Shown: piece by piece, positions 1 to 9,478 of the stretch
How positions within the stretch are numbered: position 1 is the stretch's first letter
Layout: each line of letters begins with the position of its first letter
Assembly: GCA_963733095.1 (NCBI GenBank)
Contig: CAVTBV010000012.1
Location: 64,001 to 128,000, forward strand
From: Candidatus Bathyarchaeota archaeon
GTDB taxonomy: Archaea > Thermoproteota > Bathyarchaeia > Bathyarchaeales > Bathycorpusculaceae
DNA: 64,000 bases
Reading direction: 5' to 3'
Notes under the pieces: model-generated
The model's database searches: none
Seen by the model: only the letters and a program-made list of their open reading frames with translations
What the model was told of the DNA's origin: nothing
Position numbers and translations under genes: made by a program

Positions 1-34
1 TTGGTTTATTGGTTTTTAAGGAGACATAGAAAAC

Positions 35-307
35 ATGCCCGCCATTGAAGTCGGCAGAATATGCGTAAAACAGCTCGGTCGCGAACTCGGCAAAAAATGC
101 GTCATCATCGACGTCATGGACAAAAGTTTCGTGTTAGTTACGGGACCCAAAAAAGTAACCGGAGTCAAGCGAAGGCGAGTAAACATAAACCACATCATGC
201 CCCTCACAGACAAGATTGAAGTCAAAAGAGGCGCCTCAGACGAGGAAGTTGCCCAAGCCCTAGAAGTTGCAGGCAAACTTAAAGACATGACTTTAAATGC
301 CGCATAA
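35..307 (+). CDS. rpl14e: 50S ribosomal protein L14e
   Basis: [38 protein letters not shown] pattern typical of archaeal eL14. Confidence 0.95.
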   Translation: MPAIEVGRICVKQLGRELGKKCVIIDVMDKSFVLVTGPKKVTGVKRRRVNINHIMPLTDKIEVKRGASDEEVAQALEVAGKLKDMTLNAA

Positions 308-369
308 TTTTAAACCTTAATTACCTCAACTTCTTTTTCTTACAACCAACTAGGAGCAAAACCCCAAGA

Positions 370-1401
370 ATGCCCAGAACAACCCCTCCGTGGGAAATCA
401 AACGTGAATTGCTAACCAAAGCAGAGGACTCTACCAACCCAAAGTACGGTTGTAAACCTTCTGAGCGCCCAGCAAAAGAGTATATTAGGTATGGTACGAT
501 TAATTTGGATAAGCCTGCAGGTCCCACAAGCCATGAGGTTGCAGCTTGGGTAAAAAGAATCATGCATCTGGAAGCTATCGGGCATGGAGGAACCCTTGAC
601 CCCAAAGTCACAGGGATTTTACCCATCACCTTGGAAGATGCAACCAAGATGGTTCAGGCGTTACTCCACAGTGGCAAAGAATACGTCTGCGTAATGAAAC
701 TTCATGGGGATGTGCCTGAGGACCATGTTAAACGTGTTCTGACGGAGTTTGAGGACGAAATTTTTCAGCGTCCACCCCTGCGATCATCCGTTAAGAGGCA
801 GTTAAGGACAAGGCGAATTTACTATAATGACTTCATCGAGTTAGATGGGCGTAATGTGCTCTTCAAAGTCGGTTGCGAAGGCGGCACGTACATCCGTAAA
901 CTCTGCTTTGACATCGGCGAAATCCTCGGCGTTGGCGCCCACATGCAAGAACTTCGCCGCACACGAGCAGGACCATTTATCGAATCCAGCGCCAAAAAAG
1001 TCACATTGCACGATGTAGCTTACTGGTTTGGCGAATTCGAAACTAAGAAAGACCAATCTTTTTTGTGCAAATTCATAGAGCCCATGGAAGTTGCATTGAT
1101 GCAGATTCCGAAAATGGTCGTTCGCGACTCTGCTGTTGACGCACTCTGCCATGGAGCCAATTTGACTGCGCCAGGGGTTCTACAAGTTGACACAGGCATA
1201 GTGAAAGACTCAACAGTTGCGGTTTTCACGCTCAAAGGTGAAGCGGTGTCATTGGCGAAGGCTCTTGTTTCAACCCAAGAAATCATGGAGTTGACTCATG
1301 GTGCTGTAGCTGCTTCGTCACGTGTGTTGATGCCAAGAGGCACTTACCCGAAAGTTTGGAAGAGTGGGGGCGCCAATGAGCAAAGATCCAAAGAGCGTTG
1401 A
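370..1401 (+). CDS. cbf5: H/ACA RNA-guided pseudouridine synthase Cbf5 (TruB family, PUA domain)
   Basis: LDKPAGPTSHEV, GHGGTLDP (catalytic Asp), GGTYIRKLC, C-terminal PUA domain; uninterrupted ORF. Confidence 0.96.
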   Translation: MPRTTPPWEIKRELLTKAEDSTNPKYGCKPSERPAKEYIRYGTINLDKPAGPTSHEVAAWVKRIMHLEAIGHGGTLDPKVTGILPITLEDATKMVQALLHSGKEYVCVMKLHGDVPEDHVKRVLTEFEDEIFQRPPLRSSVKRQLRTRRIYYNDFIELDGRNVLFKVGCEGGTYIRKLCFDIGEILGVGAHMQELRRTRAGPFIESSAKKVTLHDVAYWFGEFETKKDQSFLCKFIEPMEVALMQIPKMVVRDSAVDALCHGANLTAPGVLQVDTGIVKDSTVAVFTLKGEAVSLAKALVSTQEIMELTHGAVAASSRVLMPRGTYPKVWKSGGANEQRSKER

Positions 1402-1990
1402 TCACTATTTTTCGTCGGTTCCCAAGTCGCAGGATCGCTTCGGGCTTGTTCGAACTATCCTCTGCGGCAAATCCTTCGAGTTTTTAACTTCATCGAGCGT
1501 TTTTTCGAAGCGAAAAGTTGATTGCGGCACTCGACTACTCATCGAATCCATGGTTCTTCCAAAAACAGGATGCGTTCTGGACATTGGTTGCGGGTACGGA
1601 GTTGTGGGAATTGCAGTAGCTAAATTCAACCCCAAATTGCATGTGATCATGACGGATGTGAACGCAAGGGCTGTGCGTTTAGCTAAAAAGAATTTAGGAT
1701 TAAACGGGGTAACAAATGCCGAGGTCCGCTACGGCTTCTTCTATGAGCCTGTAGAGGATTTAAGGTTCAATTGTGTTTTGTCGAATCCGCCCGTAAGCGC
1801 AGGTATGGAAACCGTTAAGGCAATAGTGACTGGCGCTCCAAAAGTGATGGCGCCAGGTGCTAGTTTTCGTATGGTTATTCGCTCTAAAATCGGTGCCAAA
1901 ATATTGCCTGAATTGTTTTCGATAACCTTTGGCAACTGTGGTGTGGTTGCACGGGAAAGCGGTTTTCGGGTACTCATGGGCAAACTGTAA
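1376..1990 (+). CDS. Class I SAM-dependent methyltransferase (RsmC/MTS-like)
   Basis: VFSKRKVDCGTRLL, LDIGCGYG and SNPP motifs; ATG 1376 preferred over GTG 1364. Confidence 0.88.
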   Translation: MSKDPKSVDHYFSSVPKSQDRFGLVRTILCGKSFEFLTSSSVFSKRKVDCGTRLLIESMVLPKTGCVLDIGCGYGVVGIAVAKFNPKLHVIMTDVNARAVRLAKKNLGLNGVTNAEVRYGFFYEPVEDLRFNCVLSNPPVSAGMETVKAIVTGAPKVMAPGASFRMVIRSKIGAKILPELFSITFGNCGVVARESGFRVLMGKL

Positions 1991-2094
1991 GATTCTGTGT
2001 CTTTTTGACTGGAGTTTTGTTTCTTTTTCTCTTTGTGTTTCGCCTTAATTTATGGCAGACAAAAAGTGAGCATTTATCAGACAAGACCTTATAG

Positions 2095-2346
2095 GTGAGG
2101 TCCCAAAAAGTGTCCATATGGCGGCATAAAGTGACAGACGGAAACAAACGGGAACGAATAACGATCCGGCTCACAAAAAGGTACCTTGACCTGTTAAACC
2201 TGCTAATCGAGAGAGGAGTGTACAACAGTCGCAATGAAGCAATTCGAGATGTCCTCCGCATTATGTATGAATACCATGGGTTGAAGGTGTCTTCTGACAA
2301 AAACGCAGTGTTTGAAGCCAACCCGAATGATACGGGCAAGAACTAA
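2095..2346 (+). CDS. Ribbon-helix-helix (CopG/Arc/MetJ) DNA-binding protein
   Basis: ITIRL...YLDLLNLLIERGVYNSRNEAIRD pattern; true start may be downstream (GTG ~2131). Confidence 0.8.
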   Translation: MRSQKVSIWRHKVTDGNKRERITIRLTKRYLDLLNLLIERGVYNSRNEAIRDVLRIMYEYHGLKVSSDKNAVFEANPNDTGKN

Positions 2347-2423
2347 TTTTTGCTTAAGTACCGCAAACTTGAAAAAGCCACCTGTCCATAAGGTCAGAAG
2401 AAACAAGCATTCAGGTGGTAGCC

Positions 2424-2675
2424 ATGGCAAAACTCAATAAAGTCGATGAAAAAGTTGTTGCAACTCTTCAATCAGAAGGTAGAGAATTAACACTACAAGA
2501 ATTAACTGATAAAACGGGCGAACCCTCCAAGAAGGTTTTTCGTTCCTTGCGAAAACTTTTCGAAAACGAGGTTGTGTCAACCCAAGCCCGCAAATACAAG
2601 CTGGTAATTACCGACACCAAAGCAATCAAAGCGAAGCTTGCGGCTAAGGCAGAAGACGAAAGCGAACCCGAGTAA
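2424..2675 (+). CDS. Small winged-helix DNA-binding protein
   Basis: LTLQELTDKTGEPSKKVFRSLRKLFENEVV wHTH-like pattern; GGTGG SD before ATG 2424. Confidence 0.7.
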   Translation: MAKLNKVDEKVVATLQSEGRELTLQELTDKTGEPSKKVFRSLRKLFENEVVSTQARKYKLVITDTKAIKAKLAAKAEDESEPE

Positions 2676-2692
2676 AAATTTTTTGTTAAATT

Positions 2693-2769
2693 TGGAGCCT
2701 CGAGCGGGCCTTGCTCCCGCGGCCTGCTGCTTACAAGGCAGCCGCTCTACTGGGCTGAGCTATCGAGGC
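2693..2769 (-). tRNA. tRNA-Thr(UGU) with non-canonical D/T loops
   Basis: Reverse complement folds as GCCTCGA/TCGAGGC acceptor, GCTC/GAGC D-stem, GCTGC-CT TGT AA-GCAGC anticodon arm, GCGGG/CCCGC T-stem, discriminator T, encoded CCA; TATA-like TTTATTTG upstream. Confidence 0.92.
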
Positions 2770-2937
2770 ACTCAACAAAGTTGCCCAGATTACACCAACA
2801 AATAAACCTTATACAAATAAAAGTTACTGCTAAAAATCCAACATGACTTGGATTCGCAGAGGAAAATTTACCTTTCCATGGTTTGTTTTTCTGTTTAGCA
2901 AGACATCAATTTCAACCATGCGAGTAACAGTCAAAGC

Positions 2938-3159
2938 TTATTGTTCGCAGCTTATTACTTCGTCTTTGTCTTCTTTCATTTTTAAATTATGTTTTTTGAC
3001 AATGTTGGTTATTTGTTGAATGATTTCGGAATCCGCGGCTACTTTTAAGTGTATTTCAAGGTTTTTAGCAGCGCCTTTCGAGGGAAGGTTAGACACTAAG
3101 TAGTAGGCGTTTGCACCCATGTTTTCGCCAAGATTTATAATTTCTTTACCAGATAGCAA
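2938..3159 (-). CDS. Hypothetical protein (possibly a fragment)
   Basis: 73-aa ORF, no recognisable motif. Confidence 0.35.
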   Translation of the reverse strand: MLSGKEIINLGENMGANAYYLVSNLPSKGAAKNLEIHLKVAADSEIIQQITNIVKKHNLKMKEDKDEVISCEQ

Positions 3160-3354
3160 CCGCTTTATCCCTTTTCAGGTTAATGTTTCTCCCACCCAAC
3201 CAACAATACGTACAGCAAATAATCTTTGGGTGATGCCAACGTTTCCTAGAAAAAAGGCCATCACTTGCCGTTGTTGCTTCAATGTGTGACAACATCATCT
3301 TATATCATTTACAAGTGTAACAAGATAAAACAAGAAAAGATAAAGAGCCAACGA

Positions 3355-3440
3355 GTTGAGCGGGTCTGGCGGCTAACAAAAGGAGAAGGCACAAAGGTTT
3401 TTGCCTCCCCAAAACTAGCCCACGGCTAAATCCGCCCAAC
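3355..3440 (+). ncRNA. Candidate structured ncRNA (long bulged hairpin A)
   Basis: GTTGAGCGGGTCTGGC pairs with GCTAAATCCGCCCAAC, 3' bulge CACG, inner GGCTA/TAGCC and AGGCA/TGCCT; TATA-like CTTATATC ~3299 upstream, ACTTTTTG downstream; strand ambiguous from pairing alone. Confidence 0.5.
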
Positions 3441-3586
3441 CATCACTTTTTGCCCCTTATGAAATGCTCGGTGCTGCTTCTAATTTAGAAGCTTGCGTAT
3501 TTTTGTTAACCACTCTTTGTTCAGTCATTAATCAAACATATGTGTTTATACCATCAACATTCAAACTGAAGGAAAAAGTGTCCTCA

Positions 3587-3712
3587 ATGGTTAATTTTCC
3601 TAAATGCGATAAAAAATTGATGAAAACCGATAAAAAGTTAGAGAATTCTGTCTTCTTTGTAGCAGTTTTCACTTGCGACGAATGCGAAAAACAACTTGCA
3701 GTTACTCATTAA
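3587..3712 (+). CDS. Small zinc-ribbon-like protein (first Cys apparently lost)
   Basis: MVNFPKCDKK...LENSVF...FTCDEC; similar to the ORF at 54878-55021; TTTATA ~3545 upstream. Confidence 0.5.
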   Translation: MVNFPKCDKKLMKTDKKLENSVFFVAVFTCDECEKQLAVTH

Positions 3713-3888
3713 TTCGTCTTAACCCTGAGGCGGGTCGGGTCTTACTATTTCTTGCTTTGGCTTCTTTAATTTCTTGGGGTTTGGTTCTGCCGCGATCTGT
3801 TTTTGCCCCATAATGTAAAAACTTGTTGTTGCAAAAGCACAACCACATGAGTATTTATCATAAGACACACTAATTGATAATCAGGCAA

Positions 3889-3962
3889 GGGTTGACTTAA
3901 ACGTTAAGCGAAGTGTTCTATCTCTCTCTTCCTGAATATTTCGCTTGCGTCTAGGTTAACCC
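3889..3962 (+). ncRNA. Candidate structured ncRNA (long hairpin B)
   Basis: ~29-bp stem GGGTTGACTTAAACGTTAAGCGAAGTGTTC / GAATATTTCGCTTGCGTCTAGGTTAACCC with five G-U pairs on the + strand; TATA-like TTTATCAT at 3854. Confidence 0.55.
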
Positions 3963-4137
3963 AAGCTCAACATCAACGATATATTTCCTTTTAAAATAAA
4001 AGCCTTGCTCAAACCCATTTTCTCCGCACATTCAATTAATAAATCTTGGAATTCTATAATTTGTTAAAAGATTAGTTTAGAAACAAAAATATTGGGATTG
4101 CCCAAAGAAAATATAGAAAAAAGTTGAAGGGGTGTCT

Positions 4138-4671
4138 TTATTTTACTGAGACTTTCCTTTTTGGCTTCGGTGCTTTTTTGGGAAGAACTATTTGCAGAAC
4201 ACCTTCAGAAAGGTTAGCTGCAACATCGTCTAACTTGATTTCCTCGGGCAACTCTATTTCTCTGTAAAACGTTTCACAAGCACGCTCTTTGCAGATGAAT
4301 AATTTGCCTTTATCGTCATACTTCCATCCTGCATAGCCAGTTATCGCTACAGCGTTATCCTGTACTTCGATTTGTATGTCATCTTTTTTGAAGCCAGGCA
4401 TCTCTGCCATTACGATATATTCTTTTTCATGGTCTTCAATGTCGGTTACCGGGACTCTAACTTGAGGAATGATTGAGAGGTCAGACCAAACTGACGGAAA
4501 AAGCAAGTCTTCAAAATCATTTCTGAATCGGTTAAAGGTGTTGTCGAATTCTCGCCAAAGATTTGAGGTGGAAGGCTGTGCTAACGAGGTGGTTTTCTTT
4601 TGGGAGGGCTTTTTCTTTGTCACGGATAGTTTGGTTTCTTCAGCTTTGGCGGTTTTTTTATTTTCACTCAC
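4138..4671 (-). CDS. Small heat-shock protein Hsp20/alpha-crystallin family
   Basis: P.TDIED..KEY.V.AEMPGF.K.DI, FYREIELP, A.L.EGVL.I.LPK; GTG start at 4671 after GGTGA SD. Confidence 0.92.
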   Translation of the reverse strand: MSENKKTAKAEETKLSVTKKKPSQKKTTSLAQPSTSNLWREFDNTFNRFRNDFEDLLFPSVWSDLSIIPQVRVPVTDIEDHEKEYIVMAEMPGFKKDDIQIEVQDNAVAITGYAGWKYDDKGKLFICKERACETFYREIELPEEIKLDDVAANLSEGVLQIVLPKKAPKPKRKVSVK

Positions 4672-4929
4672 GAAATTCACCGTTATTAGGTTTGTTGCCC
4701 CTGTCTGGATATATTCATTTGTGGTTGTTAGCAAGCAACAACACCAAGTCAGCTTAAGATTGGGCATCTGAAATGACCGGTCTGAATGTCGAAAAAGCTT
4801 CATAACATAAGGGCAAAATAAGAAAACAATAGAAGTTAAGTGTAACTGCCAGAAGCCAACAACATACTTTTATAACAAACAAGCGTACCCTTCATTGAAA
4901 CAAGATAAACTTTTGACCAGGTAATATCT

Positions 4930-5301
4930 TTGAAAAAAATAATAGTTATTGACGATGACACGTTTATTTTGAAGTCATTTTCTCGTGTCCTTACCAGTCG
5001 GGGCTTTGAAGTTGAGACCGCAGAAACTGGAAAGCAAGCATTAGAAAAACTAAAACAAAGCTTTTTCGATTTAGCTTTGATTGACGTTTGCCTTCCCGAC
5101 ATGGAGGGTACCGACCTGCTTGAGAACGCTAAGAAGGAACTGGAAAAAACCGTTAAAATCATGCTCACCGGGCATCCATCGGTGGAAACAAGTGAAAAAG
5201 CAACATTTGAAGGTGCTGACACCTACATTGTTAAACCGATTAAAATGGATGAGTTAATTTCTGTTATCAATTTTTTTCTAAAGCCAAAACAGAGTGAATA
5301 A
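4930..5301 (+). CDS. Single-domain response regulator (REC)
   Basis: VIDDD, LIDVCLPDMEG (phospho-Asp), MLTG, IVKP. Confidence 0.92.
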   Translation: MKKIIVIDDDTFILKSFSRVLTSRGFEVETAETGKQALEKLKQSFFDLALIDVCLPDMEGTDLLENAKKELEKTVKIMLTGHPSVETSEKATFEGADTYIVKPIKMDELISVINFFLKPKQSE

Positions 5302-5403
5302 AAAAGCAGGGTAAACATTTACCCTCGTACTTTTTCCTTGTTTAAGTTTAAACCGTGAGTTAATACAATTACGGATTCTCTAAAACTACATCAACTTATC
5401 TCT

Positions 5404-6138
5404 CTAAAGTCTTTTTGGATGGCCAACTACGCTAAGACAAATCGCACTCTCTTCAATTCCATCAGTGCCCAGTATTGAGTTGATTTCATCATCGAAGAAA
5501 GCCCCAACATGGCAAGATCCATAGGTAATGCTTACTGCCGCCAGAGCCAAGTTTTCCGCTATGTGCCCTGCATCCAAATAGATGTACCTGTAAGCTCTCT
5601 GAGAGTATTTCCACTTTGACCTTCTAAAGATAGCCGTCCAGATGAAGACAACGGATGCATCTGCACACATTTCTTGGTCTAAAGCAGCGTGGGCTAATTT
5701 CTCGCCAAAACTTCCAAGCTTAATCTCTTCCAACGAATGATTCTTGATATTATAGTGGTAGATGCCTTTCTCCAGTTCTTCCACGTTGTTAACATAAATG
5801 TATGTCTCTATGGGGTATAATGCTCCAGCCGATGGTGCTGTGCGGAACTCGTAATTGTGTTCAGTTCTTTGGACGCCTGTAGATGTCCAAAGGAGAAAAG
5901 CCAAATCAACCTTGCTCAAAGGCTTAGTTGAGAATGTTCGTATGCTTTTACGTTTTTTAATTGCCTCAGTAAAGCTAAGGGTTGATTCTTGAAAGGATCT
6001 GGACAATTGAACGGCTTTACTGGCGGGATAGCTTTTGTAAACTTCAGGCTTGTTCGCCCAGTCCAAAGTACTACCCCAACTTTTGTTGCGAGAGTACTTT
6101 GTCTCAGTTTGAAAATCGTCTCCAACGTTTTTTTCCAT
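5404..6138 (-). CDS. SagB/ThcOx-family nitroreductase-like dehydrogenase
   Basis: RKSIRTF, RTAPSAGALYP.E.Y, YRYIYLDAGHIAEN motifs. Confidence 0.9.
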   Translation of the reverse strand: MEKNVGDDFQTETKYSRNKSWGSTLDWANKPEVYKSYPASKAVQLSRSFQESTLSFTEAIKKRKSIRTFSTKPLSKVDLAFLLWTSTGVQRTEHNYEFRTAPSAGALYPIETYIYVNNVEELEKGIYHYNIKNHSLEEIKLGSFGEKLAHAALDQEMCADASVVFIWTAIFRRSKWKYSQRAYRYIYLDAGHIAENLALAAVSITYGSCHVGAFFDDEINSILGTDGIEESAICLSVVGHPKRL

Positions 6139-6626
6139 TAGCTACACCTTTCAAAAGCAATGGGTATTAACTTCAATCGAGCGCTAAATATTATTTATTA
6201 GTTTTCTTTTTTTGGCTGGAAAACTTTAACATTTTTAAAAACCAGAATTAAGCCGTTGTAACAACAAAAGTTAGCAAGTTCCCAAAAGCATGATGGCTCT
6301 TCAAGCTTAAAACCACCAAATCCTAAAATCAATGCACCCTCTTGCTTTTGACCTCATCTTTCAAATAACTAAAGTTCAATCCAGCCCATTTTATCATACC
6401 TTGATGCTTGAGAACTTGATTTATTAAGTCAATATTTCTTTTAAAATAACAGTTCAATAAACAACCATTATTTTACATGTTTAAAGCAAAATCAACCATC
6501 AAAACATGTTACAGCTCCCTGTGGGAACAAGGGTTTTCTCCTCAGAGTGCAGTTAACTTAAAGAACAAGCAGCAAATATACTAAGCATTCGCAAACTTAA
6601 AACGTGGAAAGTGGTGTAGGCTACAA

Positions 6627-8153
6627 GTGGCTCAAGCAACCTTTGAAGAAATCAGCGCATCAGACTTTTTCTACAGGAACCGAGACATCGCAGGCTTAAC
6701 GAACCCTTCACGCGCCATCTTTGTCGCTATTCGTGAAATCGTAGAAAACTCTTTAGATGCAGCGGAGAGCCAAAGAATTCCTCCAGACGTCTACGTACGT
6801 TTGTCCTACGAGGGCGAAGCCACCAAAGAAACACAAATCTACAAACTCCGCGTCGAAGACAACGGCAGCGGAATCCCACCCCGATTCATTCCCTCAGCCT
6901 TCGGCCAAGTGCTCTACGGAAGCAAATACAAGCTCAAACAGGCAAGAGGCACCTTCGGCTTAGGAGGAAAAATGGCAGTGCTCTACGGACAAATTACAAC
7001 CCACCAACCAGTTTATGTAACCTCAAGCACTGGGCAAGAAAAAATCTATAGCTTCAAATTAATGATCGATATCCAGCGGAACAAACCCATAATTTTAGAC
7101 CGCAAAGTCCTAATCAACAAAGACCAATGGCGCGGCACCATCGTTGAATTCACACTTGAAGGCGACTATCTACGTGCCATGCCAAAAATCATCGAGTACT
7201 TCAAACAAACTGCCATGGTTAACCCATATGCAAACATTACTTTTGTTGACCCTAAAGGCAGGCTCTACAAGTTCACAAGAGCAACAACCGAAATGCCTGA
7301 ACCACCTAAAGAAACAATGCCTCATCCCTACGGAGTTGACGTGGAACTCCTCCAGCGCCTCATCCAAATAACAACCTTCACAACAATGAAAGAGTTCTTG
7401 AAAGGGCAATTTCATCGAGTCGGCGAAATTACCGCGCAGAAATTTCTCGAGTTCGCAGGTATCCCCCAAACCAAGAATCCCAAAAAATTATCCCACGAAG
7501 AAATCGTGCGCTTGATGCAGAACCTCAAGAAATACAAAGACTTTCTTCCTCCAGACGCCAGTTGCCTCTCACCGCTGGGCGAAGACTTGCTTAAAGCTGG
7601 TATCGAAAAAGAGCTCAAACCTGAGTACCTTGTGGTTCACCAGCGTAAACCTTCCACTTATGCGGGTCATCCATTCATCGTTGAGTTAGCTATGGCTTAT
7701 GGTGGAGAAGTCCCAAAGCGCGGAACATTTGTAATTTACCGCTTCGCCAACAAAATCCCACTTCTCTACGACGAAGCAAGCGACGTTTCTTACCGGGTAA
7801 TCTCAGCCATGAACTGGCGCCGTTACAAAGTCCAGCCTGAAATGCCCATAGCAATAGTTGTGCACATTTGCAGCACCAAAGTCCCGTACAAAACCGTAGG
7901 CAAAGAATTCATCTCCGACCGACCTGAAGTACGCAGAGAAGTCGCAAACGCACTGCGCGAGGTTGCACGTCAACTACAACACTTCTTGGCAAGGCAAGAA
8001 CACGTGCACATGGAGAAGAAAAGGCTGGGAATTTTCAGCAAATACCTACCAAGAATCGCGGAGTTCTCAACCATTCTTGCCCAGAAAGACAAGCGACCAG
8101 ACATAGATAAATTACTTAAGAGTGTGCAGAAGTATGGAACAGAAGAAAGCTAA
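6627..8153 (+). CDS. top6B: DNA topoisomerase VI subunit B
   Basis: GHKL motifs E.VENSLDA, VEDNGSGI, QARGTFGLG; RFANKIPL. Confidence 0.98.
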   Translation: MAQATFEEISASDFFYRNRDIAGLTNPSRAIFVAIREIVENSLDAAESQRIPPDVYVRLSYEGEATKETQIYKLRVEDNGSGIPPRFIPSAFGQVLYGSKYKLKQARGTFGLGGKMAVLYGQITTHQPVYVTSSTGQEKIYSFKLMIDIQRNKPIILDRKVLINKDQWRGTIVEFTLEGDYLRAMPKIIEYFKQTAMVNPYANITFVDPKGRLYKFTRATTEMPEPPKETMPHPYGVDVELLQRLIQITTFTTMKEFLKGQFHRVGEITAQKFLEFAGIPQTKNPKKLSHEEIVRLMQNLKKYKDFLPPDASCLSPLGEDLLKAGIEKELKPEYLVVHQRKPSTYAGHPFIVELAMAYGGEVPKRGTFVIYRFANKIPLLYDEASDVSYRVISAMNWRRYKVQPEMPIAIVVHICSTKVPYKTVGKEFISDRPEVRREVANALREVARQLQHFLARQEHVHMEKKRLGIFSKYLPRIAEFSTILAQKDKRPDIDKLLKSVQKYGTEES

Positions 8154-9231
8154 AATAACTGAAAGAAAACTGGAAGTTCTTGCGGGACTGAAAACGTTTG
8201 GCACCTCCATCTATAATCAATTAGACCAAGGTGTTTTTCCAACTATTAACATGCCGAGCCGATCGACCGAAAACATCAACTATGACCCAACATTGCGCCA
8301 ATACATCCTCGGCGAGAAAAGCGTTGACAGAAGCGCCCGCAACATCCGCCACATCAAACCCTTTACGCAACTTGCATGGTGTGCCATGTTTAGCAATGAA
8401 TTAACCAGCAAACGCAAAACCTCAACCTTAAGAGATGTTTACTATTCGGCTCAAGCATATGAGATGACTTTTACCGACCAGCAAGAATCAAACAACATCA
8501 TCACCGACCTCGAAACCCTCACAGGCTTTGCACGAGAAGACTTCAGCATATTTCCCGAAGAACGCAGTGCAATTTTCGGCGACTTAGACATTGGCTATAC
8601 AGTTCCCGGCTACGAAGGCAAAACGGTGAATTTAACAAGCCACCCAGACGGCGTACTCATTGGACCAGCGGTAACCTCTTCAGAATTCATAAAAACCAGC
8701 GCTGATAAAGTTATAGCCATCGAGAAAGGCGCCCTCTTCACAAGATTTATTGAAGAAAACGTCCATAACAAACACAAATCGCTTTTAATTTCGTGTGGTG
8801 GACAAGCGCCAAGACAAACCCGAAGCTTCATACGCCGACTTCACGACGAACTCGGTCTACCTGTATTCATCCTCACCGACGGTGACCCATGGGGAATGCA
8901 CATTGCCCAAGTCATCATCTCTGGCTCAGCCAACGCAGCACACCTCCGCGAACTAAACACACCTGACGCAGTTTGGAGCGGTGTTTGGGCATCCGACATC
9001 GTCGAATATAAACTACCCACCGACCCGCTAGACGAAGTTGACATCAAACGGCTCTACGAGTTACAAAGGGACCCAAGATACCAAAGCGACCCTGTTTGGC
9101 AACGTGAAATCAAAATGTTCCTCAAGATTAAGCGTAAAACGGAACTGGAAGCTTTCAGCAGATACGGCTTAACCTACATCGTAGACGAGTATTTACCTAC
9201 TAAACTAGAAGCGGCAAAAGGCAAAAAGTAG
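8134..9231 (+). CDS. top6A: DNA topoisomerase VI subunit A
   Basis: TLRDVYY (catalytic Tyr), AIEK, DGDPWG TOPRIM motifs; overlaps the end of top6B. Confidence 0.98.
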   Translation: MEQKKAKITERKLEVLAGLKTFGTSIYNQLDQGVFPTINMPSRSTENINYDPTLRQYILGEKSVDRSARNIRHIKPFTQLAWCAMFSNELTSKRKTSTLRDVYYSAQAYEMTFTDQQESNNIITDLETLTGFAREDFSIFPEERSAIFGDLDIGYTVPGYEGKTVNLTSHPDGVLIGPAVTSSEFIKTSADKVIAIEKGALFTRFIEENVHNKHKSLLISCGGQAPRQTRSFIRRLHDELGLPVFILTDGDPWGMHIAQVIISGSANAAHLRELNTPDAVWSGVWASDIVEYKLPTDPLDEVDIKRLYELQRDPRYQSDPVWQREIKMFLKIKRKTELEAFSRYGLTYIVDEYLPTKLEAAKGKK

Positions 9232-9478
9232 AATAATAGCCCTATTCACATGCTCAGAGCACAAACGCCATGAACGCTGAATAAAAGCCCTACAGCTTAT
9301 CGAGAAAAGTAAGATCCCAGACGCAAAAAAGTACCTGCTCATGCTCCACGCTTGAGGGATAACCTTTTTTGAGTTTTGCTATCTACAAACAACAAAAATA
9401 TACGAAGCCGATAAAATCAACATCAAAAATGCAGTAACAACTAAAAAAAAGAGAAAGAGAATAAACTATAAACCGCAG

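Noticed and set aside
370-1401. Intron in cbf5, as known from some crenarchaea
   Set aside because: The ORF is continuous through GHGGTLDP
3719-3811. 30-aa minus-strand ORF (MGQKQIAAEPNPKKLKKPKQEIVRPDPPQG) or a fourth + strand hairpin starting GCGGGTCG
   Set aside because: No SD or motif for the ORF; the stem relies mostly on G-U pairs with an unstructured interior; neither reading can be supported
5404-6138. RiPP/azole biosynthetic cluster around the SagB-type dehydrogenase
   Set aside because: No YcaO, E1-like protein or precursor peptide nearby; stand-alone SagB-like genes are common in archaea
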